From Jimgerdemannia flammicorona (Eukaryota): a stretch of DNA of 37,411 nt. Below the pieces are notes generated by a model. It did no database searches. It had not been told where the DNA came from and worked only from the letters and a program-made list of their open reading frames with translations. Shown piece by piece: positions 22,201 through 34,799 of this stretch. The stretch covers positions 1 to 37,411 of the forward strand of contig RBNJ01000190.1 in the NCBI GenBank assembly GCA_003990765.1, written 5' to 3'. How positions within the stretch are numbered: position 1 is the stretch's first letter; each line of letters starts with the position of its first letter. Both the position numbers and the translations under genes were made by a program.

Positions 22201-25200
22201 ATCCTATACTTGTATACATACTCTTCTCTACTTATAATATATATTATAGCTCCTCTATCTCTAGTCAGATATATCAAACTCTCTAATACTTTACTTTCTC
22301 AGCCTCTAGCAGACCAATCCAATCCTTTAAGAGCTGTTATAATCTATATGAGACCCACTATACTCTCTCTCTCTGCTGGGTACTTCTCATTCTCCCAGTC
22401 TTTCTCCAGAAATACTGAGTATCAGACTTCAGTCTCTATTACTGATCACTAATAGTAAGTCCCTCCTCTCTCTAAGCAAGTACCTTAGGTGTAATATCTG
22501 CTACTTAAGCATTCTATAATAAAGACTTATCCAGTAGTATAGAATTCAGACACTAATGTCTAGACCCCTCTCTATACTCCCTAAATCTTCTACATCCCAG
22601 AAAGCCCTAATGATCTAATTAGAGATACTATTCAACTTCCAATAATTTCTAGATATTATTCCCCCAGTACTTAGTGGTTAGGACTCAGTCAATTCTTGAG
22701 TTAAGTCTATCTACCAAATGTATGAATATCTAGCAATTACCTCAGCCCTGCCTGCTTATATCCATAAGAGAGCCAATTTGTCAATTTTCTCTCAGCTATC
22801 TAGATCACTACTTCTCTCTGACAGCTCTCTCCTACCATCTATCCTGTCCACCCTCCTATCACAGACCATATTGAAGTCTTCTTTCAGATAGTTAACCCCT
22901 GTTACAACTTACTTATCTGACTTTTGCAATCCAGCAATCCAATCTATATAAATCCTTCTTTCTGTCAGATAGTAGCAGAATCTGACCACTACTGGGTTCT
23001 ATCTCTATCTTCTCCAAGTTTCCTACATCAGTCTCTCCTCCCAATGTTCAATTCCCACAATATTTCCCTTCTCTTTATAAATAAGTATACCTATCTTGCT
23101 CTACTATACCACTACTTTCCCCCCATTTTTGAGTCCAATTCTGCATATTCAAGTCTCTATCACTCTCTATATCTTATAGTAGAAATAGATCCACTTTTAG
23201 CCCTTTCAGTTAAGAGAAAATATTCCACCTCCTCACTGTTCTCCTAAGTCTATTAATATTTAAGGAGAATATTCTGATCATACTATTTATAAGGAAAATA
23301 ATATATATAAGAGAAATGACTACTCTATAACTCTATGCTCACTATATCCTTAGCTATGTCTAAGTTTTGTTCAGCTATTAGTTCATTCTCTACCTCCTAC
23401 TGAGTATTCAGGACCACCAGTACCTCTAGACAGTCCTTACTGTTCTACTTCTCTATTGATATCTGATATCTCACACACTATCTATTATTTTGCCAATCTC
23501 TTCCTCAGCTTTTACAAATATACTGTATGCTTATTTATAATTTTCAATAAAGTGGCCTTCCTATACTCATCAATATCATACTCTTCTATCTCTAGTAGAG
23601 CTGCCATCAGCTCATCCTGTAACTTACATATCATCTCTTCTCTCTTCAAGACAGTTCCTCAGTATATCTCATTAATTACCCTAAAGTTAACCCCTCTCAA
23701 CTCATCAGCCACTATATTGGTCAGAGTCTTTCAGAGCAATTATTTACTGCCAACTCCCTCCTCTCTCAGGACTGCCATCTGCCTCTCTATCTCTTGACCC
23801 TCTACTATTCCTACTCTTACTGACTCATCCCAGTCTTTCTCAGAAACATTCTGTAGTATATATCTCTGATCTACATCTGAAATACTATATAAAACTAGGG
23901 CCTCAACCTCTATCCAGTCACTCTTGACCATGGTACTCCTCTCTCAAGTCACTCTCTCTACAGGGCTTCTACCCCCTAGTCCTCTCCTCTCTTCAGCTCA
24001 GTTACTGGCCATCATCTCTATCTCTCCAGTACTTACTACAATCTTTGACCTCTCCTTCAAGTCTGCCAAAAGATTTTTCTGTCTCTGCCTCCCCTTAGTC
24101 CTCTCCCATATAGCTTAGTTTAATCACACTCTCTTGCTGTTAATAATCTTCACAACTGTCTTAGTATTATACTCCTTCTAGACCAATCTGTACCATTCTA
24201 CTACTCCCACCAGATCCTTCAGAGTCTTCAACAAGTTCTCCTCCTCCTCTAGGATCCCCTTTATTTTTGACACCTTATACTCAATAGGTCTCTACTTTAG
24301 TATAGCCAGTCAATCTCTTTCTTTCTCCATATTCTTCTTTTCTATAAGTCTCACTCAGATATCTATATCATCTATCTGGAATCTCATCCTCTCTCATATC
24401 CAGAAGCTAATATCTACTATATCTCTATACTCTTTCACTATATTTACAATCAGCTTCCTTGTTTTTTCTTTTCTCACTATAAGAATATTAGTCACTACTA
24501 GCTAGACCACTCTAGAGTCCTATCTCAAATATCTCACTATAGAGACTATTATCCCTCCAACTGCCACTCTCTTTTTCAGTATCTCCAGTATTAGTCTCTT
24601 CTTTTCAAAGCCCACTTCTACCTCCTCTAGTCTATATAGAAACTTCACTAAGGCTATCTCTTTTATCTATTGAACCAGTAGTCCTAGAATCAATTTTGCC
24701 ATAATTATAAAACTTCTGAAGTATAATGTAACTATAAATTCTGATACTGATTTCTTAAGTAATAGTGCTACCACCAGACCCATTATACTATCTGCCAGAT
24801 TATTAGCCCTCATATCTCTTACCAACTCAGTTCTCTCATCAGCTATCATATCTGGATTTTTTTTCCAAATTAGTTATTACACTTTTATTAATAGTCCTTC
24901 TCACCTTTTCTACTATTACTCCACCAGCTCTACTATCTTGGCCCCTCAGTACAGCTTCTCCAGACCTTGCACCCTTTCTCTCCCCTACAGTCATCTATCT
25001 AGCTCTACAGATATATCTTCTACTTTAACCTTATCAGCAAAGCTCATTCTCTCTATCTTTAGCTCCCCTTCTCTTGATCTCCCACTATCTCTAACTTTGT
25101 CCCCACCCTTATGAGAGCCCAAGGAGCTCTCACCTACACTGTGACCCCTCCTTACATACTGCCAGTTGAATACACTAGAGTCCCCCTATCTAGCATATTC

Positions 25201-25307
25201 CTCAAAGTTTTGAGTCAACAATATGTTATTAGTATATTTCTCTAGAAAACTATAGAGAATTTATTGTATAATCTGAGCAGTAGTTAAGAAAGAACTGCTG
25301 GTGAATA
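19245..25307 (-). mobile_element. LINE-B: near full-length L1/Tx1-like non-LTR retrotransposon (ORF1 ~23400-25190; ORF2 APE-RT-CCHC from ~23281), hypermutated
   Basis: T24 tail at 19245-19268; MIRIFSLNINRLR..VDLFLL*D; KEDFNM; EQWGFIRG; FLNQKKIYD*V; RGVLQSDSLLS; FANN (FADD) at ~21185-21196; C-terminal KCEKY...LEHWLKEY. Confidence 0.88.
19568..19897. mobile_element. hAT-type foldback MITE, copy 3 (330 bp), inside LINE-B
   Basis: TAGTGCTCTC...GAGAGCACTA perfect TIR; TSD CTGACTAT (19560-19567) / CTGGCTAT (19898-19905). Confidence 0.93.
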
Positions 25308-28300
25308 TAGTACTCCTCTCTCTATCAGTTCTGTCCAATAGTATATTCTGTATCATATTAAAGTTCTTACCTAGTACATCTACCCCAGTCTTAGCAAGTA
25401 TATTATATTTATAAAGTTCATCAATTCACTCTACTCAGTTACTTAACTGCTAGATAATAGTAAGAGCTAACAACTATTAGCTCTTATACTAGTCTTTACC
25501 ACTCTTCTCAAACCAAGTAATCTTCTAAACCTCTGACTCTACAAAGTTCTTCTCTGTCACTCTATACTAGAATCTTTGTCTCTCCAAACTACCATACTGC
25601 CTTATTTTCTTACTCACTCTTATCTATCTAAATCTTTCTTACAGCATATATCCTGCAATAGAAAAAGATCTACCACTAAACTCTTCAGCCAAACAAAAAT
25701 ATTTTGATATCTCATAGAGCTCCTCAGATTATTTATATTCAGTAAGAAAATATTAGTTATACTGTTCATAATAAAATAATATTATATAGTATTCCCAATC
25801 TCTTCACAGTTCTATACTAAGCTAAATTCAGACTATACTTTATAATAACTTTCTCCTCCTCAGCCTTCCTAGCCTCTAATTCAATAAGTATCTCAGTCAT
25901 TATCTTATCATCCTTGGTCTCTATCTTCTTCTTGTACTCTGCATATATCTTCTGCTAAAGCTATAATCTATATCTCTACTTCTATCAGAAAACAGCATAT
26001 TCACTAGCAGTCACTATCAATTTAGCTTCCCTTACCACATCTATCTCATAATTTTCTTCTTTCAGAAATATAGCCAATATCTCAGCCTTTAGTTTTCCCA
26101 CTATTCTATCACTCTGCAATACTCTTGTCCAGTACTTCTCACTAACAATCTGCAAGTCTACCTTCCCCAGCTCCTCTGTAGTTAAATTATTCATCATTGC
26201 ACTTATTCAGTATATGTCACTGATATGCTTCTTACCAGGAGTTACAGGCTTCCCCTCCTCCAGTATTATAGTATCTATAGACTCATCACATTTCTCCTTC
26301 TGAATATTCTACAACTCATTCTCCTTAACTCTGACCACCTATTCTCTTATTGTCACATCCAGTATCCTAAACTAAACTCTATAGATATATATCTCTCATC
26401 TCTATATCCTTCACAATCTTCTATTCTAGAGCATTAGTTCTTACTATATAATTCTCCTCCTTCTCTCAGACCTCAAGTATATCATCATTATAGAGCCTCT
26501 AGACCTTCACCTCTCTACTCTCCTCTATACTCTCTGCCCACCTCTCTACTCTAACTCTAGTCTAATTACTGATCTTTGCATCTCTCAAACCCTCTCTAGT
26601 CTCAACCATCATCTTCTCTCTCATATGTACTTGCCAACAGCTCTCTCTACTGCTCTCTCCTCTGAGTCTTCTCTCACAATATCTTATCTATATGAATTTA
26701 CTTGCTATTGACTACCTCCAGATGTATTGATACTACATAAGTTCTCTATACTACTATTTAATACTCTACTGCCTCACTAAGTTCCTCCAGTACCTTCAGC
26801 AGATCCTCTTTCTCTTTCTTACTTCTTTTTACCCTTATTATCTTATAAATAAAAGTATTATATATCAGTACCAAAGACCAGTCCTGAGGCCTCTCTCCCA
26901 GTAAGCTAAAGCTAGATATTCACATTCCTAGTCTGAAATAAGGTCTCCTCTTAGATCTGAAATCTAATATTTATAATATTGCCATACTTTTTCATAATCT
27001 CCTCTACTCTCCTTCTCATCTTAACTACTATTACTATAGATATCTCTTTTATCAGGAGCTGACCTATTCTCAGATCTCATCTTAGATACTGAGTTATTAG
27101 TACTATTATCTCTCTGCTAATCTAGTTCTTAAGACTTCCTTCAATAACTCTATCTCCTCAAACCCCACCTCAATTCCCTCTAACCTCTACAGGAACTTTA
27201 CTGAGACTACTCTAGCTATCTAACTTATAATCAGGCCCAAAACTATCTTAACCATCACTACCAGTCTCTAGAAGTACAATGTAATGGCAAATTTAGTATT
27301 GATTTCTTAAATAATAGAGCTATCATCAGGTCTATTATACTATCTGCCAGATCCTTCTCCCCTCTATGCTCCATTTACTCAGCTCTACCATTAGCAGTTT
27401 TATTTGAATTTTTTTTCCAGATCTCCTATTATACTATTATTAGCAGTCATACTCTTACCCCTAGTAATAGCCCCATCAGTCTCTTATATATGTCCTGCCA
27501 GACAATGACCCACTAGTCCTTTCAGTGCTTACCTTTTCTCTCTATCTAGACTTATTATCCTAAGTATTCTCAGACTACTTCCCTATCTTCATCTTATTAG
27601 TAAAGCTCATGGATCTCTACTCTCTACTATCTATACCTAGTATCTAACTTCTACCAGATCTTCTCTATCTATTTGCACTACTAAAAAATCCCATCTCTAT
27701 ACTATAACCTCTTCTAATATATTGCCAGCTAAAGATCCCAGATCTATCAGATCTAGTATATCTGTTAGAATACTTATATATATATTATCATATTGCTAGT
27801 ATCTTTTTTCTAATAACTATATAAAAAGTGTTGAAATATATTTATATAATATGAATTATACTAGAAAAAGATATGAGAAGAAAGTAATATTTAAAGAAGA
27901 TATATAGTTTAAATAATATATATATCTTAATAATATAAGAATTTGAGTTCTCAATATCTCTATCTACTTGCAAATCTTATAAGAATTATATAATACACTC
28001 ACAGTCAGTTATATGAGATTTGATAAGATATATCAATATATTATCTGAGATTTCTACTGACCTAAGATAATAGCTAACATTAAGAACTATATTATATTCT
28101 ATAATATTTGCCAAAGATATAAGTCCAGCAATCAAGCTTCAGTAGGCACACTATAGCCATTATTAATTTTTATCTGAAATTGAGACTATATTAGAATAGA
28201 CTTTATTATCTAACTACTAAAAATAAAAAAGAGAAGAGATATACGTAATTATTGTTTTTATCAATTACCTCAGCAAGCAGACTTATTTTGTTATAATAAC

Positions 28301-28541
28301 TACTACTATAATAGCTTCAGAAATAGTATAATTATTTATTGATAATATATTCTACTTTTATAGATTACTATCAGTAATTATCTCTGACAGAGATATGAAA
28401 TTTATAAGTAAATTCTAGCAAGCACTCTTCAAAGAACTAGGAGTATAACTCAAGATGTCTAATACCTATCACCCACAGATAGACAGCTAAACAGAATGAA
28501 CCAATTAAACTCTAAAGTAGATACTTAATATCTACTATAGC

Positions 28542-28923
28542 TAGTACTCTCAAATGAATCAAATCAATTTAAATTGAATTAAATTGAGAGTTATTCAAAT
28601 TGAATCAAATTGGGATTTTTCAATTTGAATAAAGTTTGAATTGAATTGAATTTGAATCAAATTAAGGGTCTGATTCAAATCTTATTTTTCAAAATATAAT
28701 AACTTAATGAAAATATATCCAAATTTAACAATCTTTAGCTTGTTAGATTCTCCTTATATAAGGAAATCTAATAAGCTAAAGATTGTTAAATTTGGACATA
28801 TTTTCATTGAGTTATTACATTTTAAGAAATAGGGTTCAAATTGAATTTTGAATTGAATTAGACCTTTGATTTGATTTGAATCAAATCAAATTGGATCTTT
28901 GATTTGATTCATTAAGAGTACTA
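28542..28923. mobile_element. hAT-type foldback MITE, copy 4 (382 bp)
   Basis: TAGTACTCTC...AAGAGTACTA; TSD ACTATAGC (28534-28541) / ACTGTAGC (28924-28931); centre CCTTATATAAGG is a perfect palindrome. Confidence 0.93.
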
Positions 28924-29387
28924 ACTGTAGCTATAAGTAGAATAATTGAGATACAAAACTGACTCTAGCTAAATTTACATATAATAACAATATAAGTATA
29001 ATTATAAAAATGATTCCATTCTATCTGAACTATAGATAATATTCCAAACCTCTACAACTATCATATAAGCAATAGTACCAATAGTATAAGAAGCTACTAA
29101 TATTATATAAGATACTATCTAGCAAATATATGATACTCTTATAGAAGTACAATGAATATAAGTAGTATATACTGATAAAAATAGAAAAGAAGTTATATAT
29201 AAAAAAGTTAAAAGGGTATTACTTAATATATAATACCTAATTCTAAATAATATAAGATTAAAGAAGACATTTAGACACTATTATATTAGACTATTCAAGA
29301 TCTTAAAGAAGTATAGTTCTGTCATATACAAGTTGAATCTCTCAGCAATTCTAGGAAAAATCCATCCAGTGTTTTATATATTCCAAC

Positions 29388-29550
29388 TAGTACTTCCAAA
29401 TGAATTAAATTAATTTGAATTGAATAAAATTGGGAATTTTTCAATTTAAATCAAGTTTAAATTAAATAAAATTGGACCTTTGATTTGATCAAATTAAATT
29501 AAATTGAATTTGGGTCAAATTTGATTCAATTTAATTTATTGAGAGCACTA
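29388..29550. mobile_element. hAT-type MITE, copy 5 (163 bp, central hairpin absent)
   Basis: TAGTACTTCC...GAGAGCACTA; TSD ATTCCAAC / ATCACAAC (6/8); only the pentamer arrays remain. Confidence 0.85.
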
Positions 29551-32126
29551 ATCACAACTCTAGCTATATATTAAAAATATCTTTGAAGAAAGAACAATAT
29601 TACTCCTAGATCTAATTATTATCAACTAAGAACTAGAATATAAGATTAATTATATTCTGGATTACAAGAACCACTAATTTGGATGAGCTATTAAGCTCAT
29701 CTGATATTATCTTATAAAATAGAAAAGATATCCTAAGTATAATACTATTTGGAAAAAAGATATTAATCTTTTGCCAAATATAGAAGAAGTAGTAATCTGA
29801 TACAAATATCTGATATAATAAAAATTCCAATAGAATTTCCAAAAGATGGTTATATTCCTAAATATCTCTAATAAAGAGAAGTATAAATAATCTGAATAAT
29901 TTTATATAGATAATCTACTACAATATAAGTACTCAGTAAAGATACTAAGAATAAACTAAGAATAAGATTACTATTACTGTTCTTATAGCTATCAAATATC
30001 AATGAAATTCTACAGAAATACTCTCTATTAATATATAAATCTTTAAAGATCTAGACCCAAATAAAGCCCACCAATAACTTAGAAGAATCCAATATTTCTT
30101 GATCTTCTATTACTAATAAAAATTAAAGAAGTACTATGAAATTAGATATCTTATCTATCAATAAGCTACTCTCAGTAGTATTAAGTAATGAGTCTGTCTT
30201 TTTATTAACAACTATATTTATATTATTACCAAAAGACTTTATATTCTTTTCTGCATCCAATTTTAAGTTCTTAACCATCTTTATAAAGTATTTCCTGAGA
30301 ATATTACTAATTTGAATAATAAACAATAAAGTGATATTATCTTTCAAGTAGTCTAGTATACCATCCTTCAGTTTGATAAGTACTTAGAGTTTAGTGCTAA
30401 ATCTAATAAGTAGATTTAGGTAAAGAAAAGAAGAATATAATGAATCATTATATCTCTATAAGCTACTAGAATTTCTGATAGAAATTTCTAACTAATAGTT
30501 ATAGATACTAAATATTATATAATTATATATAAATATATCTAATATACTATATTTAGCTATAGCTTTAAATTTATATAAATATCCTCTATACTGAGTATAT
30601 TGTAACCTCAGCTCTACTTTTTTCAAATATAAGAATAAAGTAGTATTCTTATTATAGAACTTCTAAACTTAGCTTATTAATGATTCTAAGTCTGGTCAAC
30701 TTAAGATATAAGTATGGCATCTTTTCTTAGAATAAGAACTCAAAAGTAATACTTAGACTACAGATAATTAAAACTCAGTACTTTGTTATAAGAACTCAAA
30801 ACTTAGAGCTAATAGTCAATTCTGATTATCTGCAATATATTAATTTTATCAATATATAGTTTTATTATAAATAGGCTATATATTTTTTTAAAAAAATATA
30901 TAATATATTTATTAAAGTAGTTTAATAAAGTTAGATAATATTAAAATATTATAATTTAAAATTAGAAGTAATTTTATAATTAATAATATATAATAAATTA
31001 AATCTTATATATTTTAAAAAATAAAATAAAATAATAATAACTCTTGTACTATAATGTTTTGCAGACCAATTTACCTGATACTATATTTATTAAAAAAATG
31101 TAAAAAAAATTAAAATTAAAATTAAAATTTAAAAAAGTTAGTAAAATATATAAATTTTTTATTACATTTTTTTTTTTTTTTAATTTTATTGAAGATTTTT
31201 TATAGAATTTTACATGTTTTCGTTTTTTCAGGTAAATTTATCAGTGAGATATATATTATTTTAAATAAGAAATTAAAATATAGAAGATGAAAATTAAAAT
31301 TACTATTAAAATTACTATTAAAATTTGTTCAAGTTATTTTTACTATGAGAGCAGCATCTTGATTAAACCTTTTCTTATACATTCAATAATTTGACTAGGC
31401 CGCAATTTAGGCTTTGTCTTAGATCCTAAATCGGCTTCTAACAAGGTATGGCTCTTAAAAAAATTATGTCATCGCATGGCCAAATTGGTCCGCCTGTTTC
31501 AGTTTTGGCAGAGAAGGCCTGCTGTTAAATGTTATGCACGTAATATATATGAAGACGACATACGACTTAGACCTCATCGGGCTAGGTGCAAGGCCGTATG
31601 ACGAATTGATTACATAACAATTGTCACGTTTGGCTTATGCAGATCCTTGAACGCCCACGTGCGGCGAAAACAAAGCGAGATGACAACATTAAGGCGCGGA
31701 TGAAATCGTTTATCGTGCACAAAAGAAGAGGTAAGAGTCGACTACATATCATATAGGGCGCTATGGAAGCTTTGTAGTTATGGGCGTATTTTTGTAGCAC
31801 ATAATGTAATTTGGCGATATAAATACAAGGAGCATACAGAGCCTCCGATACATAATCATTTGGAATCTCGAGAAAGAAGGAAAAGGTGAAAGCATAAACC
31901 ACAAAGAATCATAAGCATAAAGGGAGAAAAAGAAACCATAAAGAAAATGAAGTCATAAAAGTCGGAAACGCAAGCGTATGCAACGTATTACTACCCTATG
32001 CGCTGTAGTTGATTAGTCGAATCCACGCTCCGCTCACCACGACGCCAGTCGCACTGGAATTCGCTGCTTGCTCTGAATCCTCCAATCTCAAGAACTCCCT
32101 TCACTTTCGGATTTTTGACGAGATTT

Positions 32127-33386
32127 TTAGGGAGAAATATATAATTGAGCATACGACGCAAGCCCCAAAAACTCCGGGTCAACCTGCTCGTACATCAACG
32201 TGAGCTCTTGCAATCTGGGCCACGGCGTTTTTATAGCATTCCAAATACCCGCACCTGTCAGTTCGTCGCCAGCCCAGTGAAGAGATTGTAGATATAAATG
32301 TTCTAGATCCGGACAGCACAGCGAAAGAACGCGTAGGACGCTGTTGTCCACGCCTGGAAGATTCCAGATCTTCAAACGCTTTAACCGGATGCAACGAAGG
32401 ATCAGAGTACGGAGGGCCTCCGCGTTTTCGGATCGAAGCTTTTCTGAAGTGGGCGTCCCAAATATTGCCGCCGTTTCCGTTATGCGAAGTTCTTCAAGTT
32501 GGCCGCAAACAGAACTCAAACCTGTCAGCAAGGTTGAAATCTGTCCACGCTTCAAATCGACGAGATCAACGGTGCGCAGATTTCCCAGCCCGCGCAAAAT
32601 GAAGTCCGCCGCTCCGACCTCGCAATTCGCGAAGTATGCGTTGAGTACGTTGTTACAACTCGACAGAGCCAATTGAGTCGGGGCATCAGGGGTGTTGGAA
32701 ATATTGATGGACGTCAGTGAAGCCCGCATGGCTTGAATGTGTGTGGCTAGGAACGGATTTTTCTCCGGAGGCGTATGGGTAGGTTCGACATCCTCAGGAA
32801 AATCGAGATGAAGACTGGTAACATGAGTGCAGTGTTGGCCGAGCGCTTTTGAAAAGCGTTTGCGTTTACTAGCACGCGCCTGCGAATCAGGCAATGTTTC
32901 ATTGGAGATGACAATTCTGAGTTGAACCGGTTTGGCGAGCTTAAAGATAGTAAGGAACGCCTCGTAATTCTTCGGTTCTTGAGCTTCCATTAGAATGGTA
33001 AAAGCTGTAATCGATCTGCAATACATGAGGCCAAGGCTGTGTGCAGAGGAAAGTAGGGCGGCGAATCGCCGAATATTTGGGCCGTAACGTTTCTCGGCGT
33101 GGATGCCGTGGTTCCGCTGTCGAAACGGATCCGTCAGATTTGAATATGGGATCATCGGGCGAGCGACCTCGTACCATTCACGACAGACCATGGAGGCCGC
33201 CATGAGATCGAGAACGACATCCAGGTGGAGAAGTGTGTTGTCATATCCGTTGCCGGGATATTGGCGCGACAGGTCGAAGTAGCAGAGGACGTGTCGCAAA
33301 ACCTCCGGAGGTAGTCGTGGCGAAGAGAGTTTTGGTTTACTTGAAGCTTTCTCGGATCGAGTTATTTTTTGGATCTTCCGTTTCAT
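32127..33386 (-). CDS. F-box / leucine-rich-repeat (RNI-like) protein, 419 aa, intronless as read
   Basis: F-box LPPEVLRHVLCYF...AASMVCREWYEVA; C-terminal LRR units (CGQLEELRI, CIRLKRLKIWNLPGVD, CPDLEHLYL, WPRLQELTL). The true C-terminus may continue to 31991 in another frame. Confidence 0.85.
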   Translation of the reverse strand: MKRKIQKITRSEKASSKPKLSSPRLPPEVLRHVLCYFDLSRQYPGNGYDNTLLHLDVVLDLMAASMVCREWYEVARPMIPYSNLTDPFRQRNHGIHAEKRYGPNIRRFAALLSSAHSLGLMYCRSITAFTILMEAQEPKNYEAFLTIFKLAKPVQLRIVISNETLPDSQARASKRKRFSKALGQHCTHVTSLHLDFPEDVEPTHTPPEKNPFLATHIQAMRASLTSINISNTPDAPTQLALSSCNNVLNAYFANCEVGAADFILRGLGNLRTVDLVDLKRGQISTLLTGLSSVCGQLEELRITETAAIFGTPTSEKLRSENAEALRTLILRCIRLKRLKIWNLPGVDNSVLRVLSLCCPDLEHLYLQSLHWAGDELTGAGIWNAIKTPWPRLQELTLMYEQVDPEFLGLASYAQLYISP

Positions 33387-34034
33387 CGAATCGAGGCGAA
33401 GTGGGGAGAAGGTACAGGGGTGTGAGCCAGTCTCCGATCGATCTCTTAATTTTTAAGTATCCCAACGGAGTGGCTGACGTGAGCAATCTATTTTGGCGTT
33501 TGGGATATATACTCCTTTTCTAAGATTTATCACTTATTATTGGTGATCTGGCATCATCTACGATTCTAATCGATAATCCAATCGCAACAGGCTTTGGTAA
33601 TTTGTGAGAATACGCCGAAGTGTGTGAAGTCCTATCAAGAGCGTCTTTTGTTCCAGTTGTCGTGGACTATATCCGAGCCGAGGCCATAGTTGAGCCATTC
33701 CCAAATTCAGAGCGTAGGTGCCGGAATCTGTTTTGGCAAGAAAAAACAAATCAGGCGGCTGCAGTCATCATTGTTTGAAGAACAAGGAAAAGCCCATTCC
33801 CAAGCTGCTGGGATCCCAACTAGGATACAAAAAATCGATTAAATTCTCCATAAGGTGTAGCGTCGTCAATAACACCGTGGGGTTCGCAAGGTGTTGGTCA
33901 TCCCGCGGCGGTCACTTCAACGTCTCGCATCCTTCCAACCTCAGGAGTCGCAACTAGAGTTTATTCCCTATTGGGCACTGGCTTGCTACATTCTCCGCAG
34001 TAGGCCGACACTGGTCACACGGTACTATTTATCT

Positions 34035-34068
34035 GTTTTTTGTTTTGTTTTTTGTTTTTTGTTTTTTG

Positions 34069-34098
<30 letters not shown>
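34035..34098. repeat. (GT4-6)n tract followed by A25
   Basis: Read directly; the same T-then-A arrangement as 15893 and 17588. Confidence 0.85.
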
Positions 34099-34099
<1 letters not shown>

Positions 34100-34799
34100 A
34101 GTATAATAACTTGAAATCAAGGACTGTTGGGGACCCAGAACTCGGTTCTCGTCCCGATTCATCTCAGTCAAAATGCGTTAAGGAAAGTGACCATTCGGAG
34201 GGCCTGGGCCATGTTTAATCAACCAGGTTTGCGTGACAGTAGCTACAGCGGAAGTGGTATACTTATCTTGTGCTTATATATGTCTCACAAATAATGATAC
34301 AAATAATTTCTTCGCGCCCCAACAGTTGGCTCTACACGATAACGAGCTGAAACTCAGTATGCTAATATTCACAGGATATAAGCAAACTTTACTACGAATC
34401 ATTTTGCATGCTTTTCTTATATCTGGGCAATGTTGTGTGCCTCAGCGATCGTGACCCTGCGTGAAAAATATCCCGATGTGTGAGGAAGACATACTAAAAT
34501 TCTGAAACTGTTATTATTATCGTGGAGGCTGGGAATTTTGGGATATTTGATACCTCGATACCCACATTGATTTATTTTATTTTACTTTATTTTATTTTAT
34601 TGTGGAAGACGTAAAACTCGGTCTAGGTGCTCCCATTTTGGCTAGAGTGGGCGCGGTGTACGTAGGCGCGGAGGTTGCGATCTTGGCTTCGGTAAGTTGG
34701 TTGCGATCGCAGTGAATTCTATGAGTGTGGCGTATACTATCCGCCGTTTTGAATGACAAACTGACAATGTCAGCTTGCGGATGATGAATGTGGTATTTA

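Larger units (their letters stand above)
18424..27850 (-). mobile_element. LINE-A: L1/Tx1-like element split by LINE-B; 5' part ~25308-27850, 3' part 18424-19244; no RT seen
   Basis: ORF2 start ~25769 MNSITNIFLLNINNLR...VDLFLLQD; VLGKNFNM..ILLDR (decayed GGDFN) at ~25335-25378; continues across LINE-B as LVDTSR..EIRID*IL at ~19090-19180. ORF1 is similar to that of LINE-B (27310-27355 vs 24760-24800). Outer limits approximate. Confidence 0.75.
27960..29815 (+). mobile_element. Chromovirus-type Ty3/Gypsy remnant: integrase plus chromodomain, interrupted by two MITEs
   Basis: DFY*PKI..NICQRYK..GTL*PL; IDFII; IISDRDMKFISKF*; YHPQIDS*TE*TN*TL; KIHPVFYI.QL; chromodomain YKINYILDYK...YLIK*KRYPKYNTIWKKDINLL at ~29638-29772. 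Confidence 0.85.

Noticed and set aside
22020..26437. Ser/Leu-rich plus-strand ORFs that look hydrophobic
   Set aside because: Antisense of purine-rich LINE ORFs; the composition is an artefact of strand skew and hypermutation.
17741..31045. AAGAGTTAT(T)ATTATT inverted at both ends of the second TE block, hinting at one giant TIR element
   Set aside because: The match is short and low-complexity, with no TSD or transposase in support.
32009..33523. Plus-strand and alternate-frame ORFs over the F-box gene
   Set aside because: Antisense or out-of-frame shadows of the 419-aa ORF.
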